From Reclinomonas americana ATCC 50394 (taxonomy: Eukaryota): DNA of 63,930 bases. A program made the position numbers and the translations under genes. This document shows positions 25,201 to 35,944 of this stretch, in pieces; position 1 is the first letter of the stretch, and the number at the start of each line of letters is the position of its first letter. Below the pieces are notes generated by a model. It ran no database searches and had not been told where the DNA came from. It was given only the letters and a program-made list of their open reading frames with translations. The DNA lies in contig PS015024.1 of the NCBI GenBank assembly GCA_048213135.1, positions 223,208-287,137 on the forward strand, given 5' to 3'.

Positions 25201-25743
25201 AGAGATTTATCTGCGCTGGTTCCGACACGGTTCGGCTTGCGTGCTTCCGTCTCTTTAACCGCTCACATTCTCTCCTTCACTTGACAGTATCGCCGCTTCA
25301 GTACGGCTACTCTGGTCTGTCGTCGTGTTTCTTGTGTGTGAAATGATTGCCTAGTGCTGACACTCTTTGTGGCTTGCAGCCATGGCGTTGAACCAGTTCA
25401 CCGACATGGTGTTCACATGTCCCGGCAATCAGGCCATTCAACCCGGCAACATTTGCCCCATTCCGAATGGCAACGCGGTCGGTGTTTGCATGTGCTGGCA
25501 TGGGTTGATGGTGACGAACTGCCGACTTATTTTGTTATGTGAACACAGTTGCTGCACATGCTCAACCTGGCCGACGCTGTGTTGTGGCATTCGATTGCGT
25601 TCCTCTGGGGATTTGCGCTCTTCAACATGACGATTGCCTACTTGAATCTGCGATTCGTAAAGCAGGTATGTTGACGCCTGGGTGCACGCCGCTCTGCTCT
25701 CTTACCCACTGTTGTTTTTGTGTACATGCAGACTCCAAAGTAA
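22262..25743 (+). CDS. ABCG half transporter (NBD-TMD), ABCG5/ABCG8-like
   Basis: Walker A GTSGAGKTT, GYVKQDDIL, ISGGERRRVSIGVQL, LFLDEPTSGLD, H-loop CTIHAPRSDIF, ANPADHVLDLIAID, TMD and LNQFTDMVFTC...CPIPNG. Micro-exon ATGCGTCG at 22262 splices in frame. Confidence 0.92.
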
Positions 25744-25778
25744 ACCAACTGCAACGTAAAGAAATACTTTCCTTCTCT

Positions 25779-28700
25779 TCATTCCTCGGCATCGCCTTCC
25801 TCGGCATCCTCCTCCTCCTCTCCGTCCTCCTCTTCCTCTTCCTCTTCGCCCTCTTCGGCAGTCCCGTCGATTTCGCTGTCGTCGCCATGATCCTGAGCGC
25901 TGGAACGGCCGCTCTCTTCGCCCTCCTCTGGGGTCTCCACAAGACGCACTCGCCGCTGTCGCGCGCTGCCTGGCGATCTCATAGCCGACGGTGGAGATGG
26001 TTCTGCCGCCGGCTGCTGGATGAGCTGCACGGCTTGCTGCAGCAGATTCACCGTCTCCACCGCGTACGCCGTACGGTAGCCCTCAAACAGACGCGTACCG
26101 CCAGGCAGCGCGCTACTGAATGATTTGGATCGGCGTGGCGCCGCAGTGCGACGCGAGGCAGCTGGTGGTGACTGCGGCCATCGGATCGCTACTCCGCGCG
26201 GCGACTGGGCAGTGTCAGTGGAGATCTGTTGCGGACGCTGCGGCAACTGCGCAGTGGATCCTTGCGGTCGCAGCAGTGTTCCCGGCGCACGCGCACCTCG
26301 ATCATCACCTGCCGTCAGCAGCTCCGGCATCGGGAACTCAGGAGCTGGTGCGATTGCTGCTTGGCGTGACACTGGACGCCGGTCGTTGTTGGGGCTGCAT
26401 GTCGCAACACAAAGGTCATCATCCTTGTCTCAGCGACGCATTCCTTCGTGTGAATACACACACAAGAACAGTACCTTGTAAGCCGCGGCGATGCAGGCGG
26501 CGATGTGAGGCTTCTGGTCGGCGAGAATCCTCGCGGCGCACTGGGTGGGCTCGACGAGCGTGGCGACAGGAGTGACGATGATGGTCGCCCACCCTCTGCC
26601 GAAGTCAACAGCCGACTCTCACGTGCTCCGCCCTCGCCGCCACGAGGCGACGGTGCGGCGCCCGCTTGCGCCTACAACCAACAAAACGCAGTCAACAACC
26701 ACGGTACACAAGCCACTGAATAAATGCAACCAAATACTGACCGCCAGAGTCGAGAGATACGATGAGCGCGGGGGTGCTGCCTGGCGGCGGGGCGAAGAGG
26801 CCTGTTCGACACTCTCACCAGCTTCGTCCGCATCGGCGGCCGCGCGTTGACGAATCGAGTACAGAGAGCCAAGAGGCGAGTCCACCGACAGCGGTTGTCG
26901 AACAATCTTGTCACTCTGCCACTGGTGCTCATGCGTTCTGCAACCCGGTAAGCGCGTCAGCAAAACTCGCACGCACATGCATGCTGCACGGGCGGGGAGA
27001 CGCAACGATCGGTACACTGAGCTGAGTTGATTACGCCCGTCACGGATCTACGACGACGAGTCAGAAAATGAGAACACAACAAGCGGACAACGTCGACACA
27101 AATCCCTGCTACCTTCAGCTCGCCAACGTAGCCAGTCGTTGGGAATTCTGGCGGTTGCAGTCGAGGGAAGGGAAGTGGCGGCGGCAGGCGCCGCGGTGGC
27201 GACACGCTCGATTCCGGACTCTGGCCAGATTTCTGTTGCGCGCGCAGGTTTTCTGCCAGCTGACGCATAATGTCGTCTGTGCTCTCAGCCGAATCCACTG
27301 CCGACGGAAGTCGACGACGACGCGGCGGAGATACATCAAACGGAAGTCGCAACTCGGCCTGCTCGCGGTCCAAATCAGCCGTCGACTCTCGAGGCGGCGA
27401 AACACGCGCACGCTCGCGTTCAGCGGCCGCTGGTCGTGGAGCTCGCTTTCCGGCACGTCGCTGCACTGGAGGCGAGGGGGAGCCAAATGGGGAAGCATCC
27501 AGAGCTGCGTCAGCGGCCTTGGAACGCTTCCTCCTCCGTGTTGGCGATGAGTGCAACGGCTGTGAGAAAAAAAGAGCGGAGTCAGACTTGCGGGTGCCAC
27601 ATGGAGTAAGGAGCAATAATATGATGCAGCACCTCAGCCTCGGGAGGCGGCGGAGTTGGCGGCAGCGGCGGTGGAATGCGCTCTGGATCTCGATCCACGG
27701 CAGCAAGCAGCTCTCCACCTATCGGAGACGGCGACGACGTCTGCCACGGAATCAGTTCCTGTGTGCATGTGCAGCACATGTGAGTGCCGACAAAGACGCG
27801 CAGAGCAGAGATCGCAAGTGGCTGGCCGACGAACCTCCGGTTCGGTACGCTCAGTCGCTGTCGGAGCCACTTCGTTGGCTGCGCCTGCAGCTGCACTGCC
27901 GCGCTTGCCAGTCTTACCACCAACTTTGCGAGACGACGGCGACACCGATCTGGAAGCTCCCTTTGTGGTCTGCGTGCATCAAATGAGCAACGGCCACACT
28001 ACGACTGGTAATCCCCCCGCAATACCTTGTCAACGACGTCTTGCGCGGCGCCCACCTTGGCCTTCTTGCCTTTCTTGCCACTTCTCGGCGATGCCAGTGC
28101 CTCAGCCGCATCGTCACCCGACTCCTCCGCTGCCGCAGCCTTCTTCTTGTCCTCTCTGCCTTCGCCGCCCGTCTCCGCACCATCCTCCCTGTCAGTTGCG
28201 CCAGCCTCCTCCTCCTCCCCCTCCTTTGCCGCAGCCTTGGTCTTCTTCCCCTTCTTGCCGCTCTTCGGCGATGCCTCGCCAGCCGCCGCTTCGTCACCCG
28301 ACTCCTCCGCCGCCACGCCCTTCTTCTTCGCCTTGCCACCCTTCTTGCCCTTGCCGGTGGGAGTCTTCGACTCTTCAGCCTCTCCCTCCGTCTCCGCACC
28401 ATCCTCCCTGTCAGTTGCGCCAGCCTCCTCCTCCTCCCCCTCCTGTGCCACAGCCTTGGTCTTCTTCCCTTTCTTGCCACTCTTCGGCGATGCCTCACCA
28501 GCCGCCGATTCGTCACCCGACTCCTCCGCAGCTGCACTCTTTTTCTTCGCCTTGTCACCCTTCTTGCCCTTGCCAGTGGGAGTCTTCGACTCCTCAGCCT
28601 CTCCCTCCGTCTCGGCACCATCCTCCTTGTCAGTTGCGCCAGCCTCCTCCTCCTCCCCCTCCTTTGCTGCAGCCTTGGTCTTCTTCCCCTTCTTGCCACT

Positions 28701-31700
28701 CTTCGGTGATGCCTCACCAGCCGCCGATTCGTCACCCGACTCCTCCGCCGCCGCACCCTTCTTCTTCGCCTTGCCACCCTTCTTGCCCTTGCCAGTGGGA
28801 GTCTTCGACTCCTCAGCCTCTCCCTCCGTCTCGGCGCCATCCTCTCTGTCAGTTGCGCCAGCCTCCTCCTCCTTTCCCTCCTGTGCCGCAGCCTTGGTCT
28901 TCTTCCCCTTCTTGCCACTCTTCGGTGATGCCTCCCCAGCCGCCGCCTCGTCACCCGACTCCTCCGCCGCCGCACCCTTCTTCTTCGGCTTGCCACCCTT
29001 CTTGCCCTTGCCAGTGGGAGTCTTCGACTCCTCGGCCTCTCCCTCCGTCTCGGCGCCATCCTCCCTGTCAGTTGCGCCAGCCTCCTCCTCCTCCCCCTCC
29101 TGTGCCACAGCCTTGGTCTTCTTCCCTTTCTTGCCACTCTTCGGCGATGCCTCACCAGCCGCCGATTCGTCACCCGACTCCTCCGCCGCCGCACCCTTCT
29201 TCTTCGCCTTGCCACCCTTCTTGCCCTTGCCAGTGGGAGTTTTCGACTCCTCAGCCTCTCCCTCCGTCTCGGCGCCATCCTCCTTGTCAGTCGCGCCAGC
29301 CTCCTCCTCCTCCTTCGCTGCAGCCTTGGTCTTCTTCCCCTTCTTGCCACTCTTCGGTGATGCCTCACCAGCCGCCGCCTCGTCACCCGACTCCTCCGCC
29401 GCCGCACCCTTCTTCTTCGGCTTGCCGCCCTTCTTGCCCTTGCCGCTCTCTTCCACTTCAGCAGCAGGCGTTGGCGGCGCAGTCTCTTCGACAGCGGCAT
29501 CCTTGGTCTTCTTCCCCTTCTTGCCGCTCCTCGGCGATGCCAGAGCCTCTGCAGCCTCATCGCCCGACTCTTCCGCCGCCGCGCCCTTCTTCTTCGACTT
29601 GCTGCTAGTCTTCTTGCCGCCCTCCTCCGCTTCAGCAGCAACAGGCGTTGGTGGTGNNNNNNNNNNNNNNNNNNNNNNNNNNNNNNNNNNNNNNNNNNNN
29701 NNNNNNNNNNNNNNNNNNNNNNNNNNNNNNNNNNNNNNNNNNNNNNNNNNNNNNNNNNNNNNNNNNNNNNNNNNNNNNNNNNNNNNNNNNNNNNNNNNNN
29801 NNNNNNNNNNNNNNNNNNNNNNNNNNNNNNNNNNNNNNNNNNNNNNNNNNNNNNNNNNNNNNNNNNNNNNNNNNNNNNNNNNNNNNNNNNNNNNNNNNNN
29901 NNNNNNNNNNNNNNNNNNNNNNNNNNNNNNNNNNNNNNNNNNNNNNNNNNNNNNNNNNNNNNNNNNNNNNNNNNNNNNNNNNNNNNNNNNNNNNNNNNNN
30001 NNNNNNNNNNNNNNNNNNNNNNNNNNNNNNNNNNNNNNNNNNNNNNNNNNNNNNNNNNNNNNNNNNNNNNNNNNNNNNNNNNNNNNNNNNNNNNNNNNNN
30101 NNNNNNNNNNNNNNNNNNNNNNNNNNNNNNNNNNNNNNNNNNNNNNNNNNNNNNNNNNNNNNNNNNNNNNNNNNNNNNNNNNNNNNNNNNNNNNNNNNNN
30201 NNNNNNNNNNNNNNNNNNNNNNNNNNNNNNNNNNNNNNNNNNNNNNNNNNNNNNNNNNNNNNNNNNNNNNNNNNNNNNNNNNNNNNNNNNNNNNNNNNNN
30301 NNNNNNNNNNNNNNNNNNNNNNNNNNNNNNNNNNNNNNNNNNNNNNNNNNNNNNNNNNNNNNTTGGTGGCGCCGCCTCCTCGACGGCAGCATCCTTCGTC
30401 TTCTTCCCCTTCTTGCCACTCCTCGGCGACGCCAGAGCCTCTGCAGCAGCCGCCTCGTCGCCCGACTCCTCCGCCGCCGCACCCTTCTTCTTCGACTTGC
30501 CGCTGCTAGTCTTCTTGCCGCCCTCCTCCGCTTCAGCAACAGGCGTTGGTGGTGCAGCCTCCTCGACGGCAGCATCCTTGGTCTTCTTCCCCTTCTTGCC
30601 ACTCCTCGGCGATGCCAGTGCCTCTGCCGCCTCGTCACCCGACTCCTCCGCAGCCGCACTCTTCTTCTTCGACTTGCTGCTCTTCTTGCCGCCCTCTTCC
30701 GCCTCAGCAGCAACAGGCGTTGGTGGCGCCGCCTCCTCGACGGCAGCATCCTTGGTCTTCTTCCCCTTCTTGCCACTCCTCGGCGATGCCAGTGCCTCTG
30801 CCGCCTCGTCACCCGACTCCTCCGCAGCCGCACCCTTCTTCTTCGACCTACTACTGCTGCTCTTCTTGCCGCCCTCTTCCGCCTCAGCAGCAACAGGCGT
30901 TGGTGGTGGTGCCGCCTCTTCCGCAGCGCCCTTGGTCTTCTTGTCGCGCCGGCTGCGTGCCTTATCGATCTCCTCCACTGCCGGAGAGGGTGCCTCCACT
31001 TCGGCCGGCACAGTTGCGCCCTTGCGACTGCTCCGCGGCGTCTCGGCGGTCTTTTTCGCAGCCACCTTGTCCGCTGCTGGTGCCGGTTGTGGAGGCGCCT
31101 CAACAGCAACCTCCTCCGGCGCCGAGACCTTCTTGTCCCTCCGACTGCTGCGCGGCTTCTCCGTGGTCGCGGCAGGCTCAGGAGCAACAGCAGCCGCCGC
31201 CGCCGCCGCCGCCGCCGCCGTGGCTTTGCTGTCTCGACTCTTGTCTGTTGACGGCAACTTGCCGCCCTTCACGGGCGTGGCCGGGGCCTCAGGCTCGACG
31301 GAGATCGGTTTCCCGCGACTCTCGGGAGCCGGTGGCGAAGCGTCGCGCGACCGCTTTCCGCCCTTCTTTTCCACAACCTCTGCGGCTGCAACTGGGACCT
31401 CAACCGGAGCAGGCGTCGCGTCCTTGCCGCGCCGATCCTTTCGCTTGTTGTCGACGGCGGCGTCGGCAGCAGCGACAACGGCAGGCGCTTTTGGTTCCTG
31501 CGGTGTTGTCGCGGCTCCGGTGGCCCGGCCGCCCTTTTTTCCCGCCACCGGTTGCTCTGCGGTCGGTGGTGCGGTGGTGGCGACTGCAGGCTGAGCATCG
31601 GGGGCAGCGGGCTTGTCACGCGGCGTCCTGCCACTTGTCTTGGGTGGCACAGGTGCTGCTGCTGCTGCTGGCGACTCCTGCGCGACGGTTGCCGGTGGTA

Positions 31701-34700
31701 CTGTTGCTGCAGCCGGCGCAGGCTGTCCACGGCGCGGTGACGTGTCGCGTGAACCCCGATCCCGTCCCTTGCCGCCATCTGCACCAGCCACTGGAGCAGG
31801 AGCAGCTGGCACGACAGGAGCAGGAGTAGCTGGCGCCGCCGCAGCCGCGACCTTGCCTCCGGGAGGCGCACGCTTTCCACCATCAGCCGCTGGCGTCGGT
31901 GCGGAAGCGGCTGCCGCCTCCGGCGGACCGGCCTTCCCTCCACGTTTACCGACGACGGCAGCAGCGGCTGTAGCGGCAGTCGGACTGGCTGCTGCTGCGG
32001 CAGCCGGTGGGGCGGCAGGACCAGTTTTTCCGGCAGCAGGTGCAGTCTTTCCGGCAGCTACTCCAGCCTTACCCGCCGGAGCCACCTTGCCAGCCGGAGC
32101 CGTCTTGCCAGTGGGTGCGGTCTTGCCGCCCGCAGGCGCCACTGGAGTCTGCACAGCGGCAGGTTCCTGCAAGATGCGTGGTACACGTCTGTGAACGCAA
32201 ACTCTACATCTCGACAGGCTCGGCAACTCACCGGCGGCTTGTCGTTCTCGGTAGCTTTGACAGTCCCAGCAGCGACAGCCTCGGCCACTCGCGCCCACCT
32301 GCTCCTTCGTGGCGACTCGCCAGACATTATTTCGTCACTGCCAGTGCCGCCAATCGCAGCAGATGCCGCCAGGGCTGCCGGTCCACGGACTGCACGCCAG
32401 GGTGAGTGACTGATGGTGGGGAGACAAGTACCGTCAACTGAAATGAACGCACCACCCTTGAGCACAGCACGCTGTGCCCACGCCGCATCCTCTTCGGCAG
32501 TCTGCATTCGCCCTCGCCCTCGTCGCTCCGCCAGCAGCCGCAGCTGCTCATTCAACACTGAATCGTCTCCGTGGCCCTCCTCGTGGTCTCTCTCCGCCAT
32601 GGCCAGCTCTGCATCCGTGCGTGACTGCGCGGCAGAGCCTCTCACAATGCCTCCCGCCGCCCCTCCCGCAGCGCGACCGCCATACCGAGGCGGCGCAGCG
32701 CCATGAGGACTCAACATGGTGTCACCAGCCCCCACTGCCGAGGCGAGTGTCGGCAACGCCGACGATGAAGTCGAGATGTCGTCCGACGACACGGTCGACG
32801 CCGTGCTGTGGTGACCACGCTTGCGCAGCTTCTCGAGCTGCTGACGGAACCGTTCGTCATCCTCTTCCGCGTCGGCCTCGTCGTCAGCATCGCCACTGAC
32901 GTCGGCCAGTCGTTCACGGATGCTGGGCGGCTTGTCGAGTCCGTGGAACGGCAAAATTGCACGATGACCAGGTCGCTCGGGCGACGCATCGCGAGCACGC
33001 ACATGTCGTGCACCGGCGCCGGCACCCACTGGGAACTCTTGCGCGCTCGCCGCCGATGAGGCGTCGTCGTCGTGCACCGCCCACTGCACCTTTTCCATTA
33101 GAGTGCGCACGTCGCCTCCACCGGCTGGCGGCTGCACCTGCGGCCGTAACACTGGCCGTGCCGCCATGCGCGCTACTGGATACTCTTCAGCACCAGCCTC
33201 CGACATGGTGTCGTCAACTGAGTCCGTCTCCCTTGTCGCCTTGCGCGACACTCCCGCGGAGTTCACCAGTCGGCGCGGATCCGTGCCGTGACCGGCCAGC
33301 GGTGGCCCCGGTACCACCGACTCCAACATGGTTCGCAACGGAGGTCGCGCTGTGTGATTCACTGAGAGTCGCGACGAAGCTGTGGCCATGCCAGGCACCT
33401 CCCCGTCCACGACAGCCGTGCTCTCGTCATCATCCGACGCGGCGCTATTGGGAGTACGTGTGACACGGCGCGCACGCACCGCTGACGACGCCGTGGCTGT
33501 CGGTCCGGCGTCGGGATGAGGGGCACGGACACGTGGGCCGGGCACACGAGGCATCAAATCCCGCGGCCGTGATCCACCGTCGTAGTAGCTCACGCGCACA
33601 GAGGNNNNNNNNNNNNNNNNNNNNTGCCTTGGCGACGCTTTCCACTCCCTCGCCGGCACCCGCTCGCCGGTCGCAGTCCACTGCCGCCGATCCTCGTTCT
33701 CAGTATTTTAACGCACCCTCGCCTGGAGCCTACGACGCCGCCGCCGCTGCGGCTGCTGCTGCATCGCGCGGTGGCCGTGCGTCGGCACACGTGCGCTTTG
33801 CCGATCAAGCGAATTCTCCCTCCCCGCTGTACCAGCAGCCGCCCATGCAGCAGCAGCAGCAGCAGCAGCCTCCGGTGTCGCCGGCATTGGCCGCTGCCCG
33901 CCGGCTTGCCGCCGCAGAGTCGCCAATCTGGGACGGGAGGCGAGCCATCATTGCCGACGCGACGCACATGGCGCCGTCGCCGCAGCATTCGTATCAGCAG
34001 ACGCTGCCGCCCAGTCGCCAGTCAGTGGCCTCTCCGACAGCCGGAGCACAGTCGTACACACAGCAGGCACGCAAAGCGCTGACTGCTGTGCCTGCTGCCG
34101 CCATGTCACCCGTGATGCCAGATTGGGAGTCATCGAGGTCTGTGTCACGCAGTGCCATGCGCTCTCGCACCTGCGCACTTTTCTCACTACTCTTTCTCTC
34201 TCTCTCTCATTCTCTCCTCTCAGCGACTCCGACAGCGACATGGTGCCTGGCAATCTCATGCTGTACAATTTGCCGACGAGAACACCGCCGGCTGTCAACT
34301 ATGCTCCGCGTGGACCAGTGGTGCACGCGGACGACTCGTCGTCCTCTTCCTCGTTGTCATCGGTGGAGGAGGGCCTCGGTCGTGTTATTTACGATGAAGA
34401 TTTGGGGACGCCAGTCTTCACTCCCCCTCCCGTGCCGCCTGCCTTCCCGCCGACAGCGCAGCAACTCGCAAACGCGCGTCATCAGCGGCTCGGCCGAGGT
34501 GCAGCAGGAGGAGGAGGACGCGGAGTGCCAGACGCGCTGCCGCAGCAGTCGTACTCGGAGAGAACTGGCATGCGCTCGGCTCCGGCCAGTTATTGGGGTC
34601 CGAGCGGAACGCCTACTCGCGGCTTGGTCGACAATGGGGNNNNNNNNNNNNNNNNNNNNCCGGCGGTAGTCAAGTGTGCGTACGCCGCGTCTGGCGGCGT

Positions 34701-35601
34701 CGGCGGTCGCCCCTGCCCCGACTCGTACTTGCTGGAGACCGGCCGTTGCGCAGCGCTGAGCAGTCCCTGCGAGACAGCCGCAGTGCGCTGCTGCTCTGAC
34801 ATGTTCACCCAATCATCCGTAAACGCGCGCAGATCCGCATACCCACGCAGTGCCGTCGCCGCCACTCGTGGATTGTCGCACTCGAACTCGGCCAGCACAC
34901 GATTACTGGCCGACATGAGCACCACCAGCCCACGATCCACATCCTGCATCACTTGCGTCGAGCTGCTGAGCGGATACTGCACGGAAATCGTCGGCGGAAT
35001 GTCGGCCACATCCACGCCGCTTTGGATCTGTACGAGAGGGTGAACGAGTGAGAGGGACAGAGAGAGCAGAGGAAGATGAAGAAGAAGAAGAACAAGAGAG
35101 GGAGAGAGGGAGAGAGAGAATGAGGAGCTCACCAGCTTGTTGCTCTCCGTGGCCGTGACGGCCCTCTCAAACGCCACCTCCTTGGCATTGACCGTCATGA
35201 ATGCCGGCACGTACGATCCATCATCCATTTCGTCGAGCGTCGGCAGCGGTGTGCGTGCGGCCTCGTTGACTCCCTGCTGTGCCTCGTGCTGCCGCCGGAA
35301 GAGCGCACGTTGCATGCGACCGTGCACATCGACCAGTTGCACGCGCATCGAGAACTGCCCTTCTTCCATTAGCTGGCGCAGCATTGAGTGTTCGTACGGG
35401 AGAAGAAGCTGAGCGCCGGCCGCTGTGTGTGTGTGTGTGTGTGTATTGAGTGAAGAGTCCGGTAAGTTGAACGTTGGACATTGATATGTGCTTGACACGC
35501 AAGAGAAGACATACTCGTGCGCGCGCTCTGTTCTCTCACTTACCAGTGGCACTGGGTGCCAGAGCAGGCAGCTGCGGTGAAGGCGACACGGGAGTCGCCA
35601 T
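25779..35601 (-). CDS. Giant low-complexity protein with a small N-terminal globular region and K/E/A/G-rich tandem repeats; includes the mis-oriented contig 33625-34639
   Basis: Start MATPVSPS at 35601, with exons joinable by GT-AG introns. Flipping 33625-34639 gives in-frame joins at both ends. Long ORFs at 32058-33604 and 27999-32170 continue by splicing (VDK|GTATTG) to an acidic tail ending at 25779. Confidence 0.6.
28150..29450 (-). repeat. Coding tandem repeat, 219 bp (73 aa) unit, about 6 copies
   Basis: The anchor tcgtcacccgactcctccgc recurs about every 219 bp (~28291, 28510, 28729, 28948, 29168). Unit KKGAAAEESGDEAAAGEASPKSGKKGKKTKAAAKEGEEEEAGATDREDGAETEGEAEESKTPTGKGKKGGKAK. Confidence 0.9.
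29460..30930 (-). repeat. Coding tandem repeat, ~180 bp (~60 aa) unit, spanning a gap
   Basis: Unit KKKGAAAEESGDEAAEALASPRSGKKGKKTKDAAVEEAAPPTPVAAEAEEGGKKSSKS appears three times right of the gap and once left of it. The gap probably holds more copies. Confidence 0.85.
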
Positions 35602-35944
35602 ATGTGTGTGTTTTTCGGGTGTGACAGATACGTTTTTGCGAGCACCACCAACGTCTGTCCCCTCAGCCGCAGTCTCGCTGATCGAGTCTGGAGTGGACAA
35701 CAAGCGGTACAGCTACGTGGTGTTGTGCCAGGAGCCGGCAAGCTGTCACGTCACTCCGGCGACGTGGAAACCAATCGACGTCGACGTTGTTCGACGTTGC
35801 CGCAAAACAACCGATCACCGTCTTGCAACCGACGTGCGCAGTAGGAGACAGAGAGAATGCACTACCGCAATGCCGCGCGACAAGAGACACGTGCTCCGCG
35901 AACCGTGGGACTCGTGTGTCCTGTTACTTTCTTTTCTTGCGACA

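Noticed and set aside
28150-30930. Regularly spaced repeats as a possible CRISPR array
   Set aside because: Units are 180-219 bp, preserve the frame, lack unique spacers, and sit in a eukaryotic exon with no cas genes nearby.
27656-31829. Long alternative-frame and antisense ORFs (Arg-rich, FFPFLPL-rich, Pro/His/Cys-rich) over the repeat arrays
   Set aside because: These are shadows of a stop-poor, GC-rich coding repeat. Only the K/E/A frame splices coherently with neighbouring exons.
33625-34639. Independent + strand gene
   Set aside because: It has no start or stop within the contig and joins the flanking minus-strand exons in frame when flipped.
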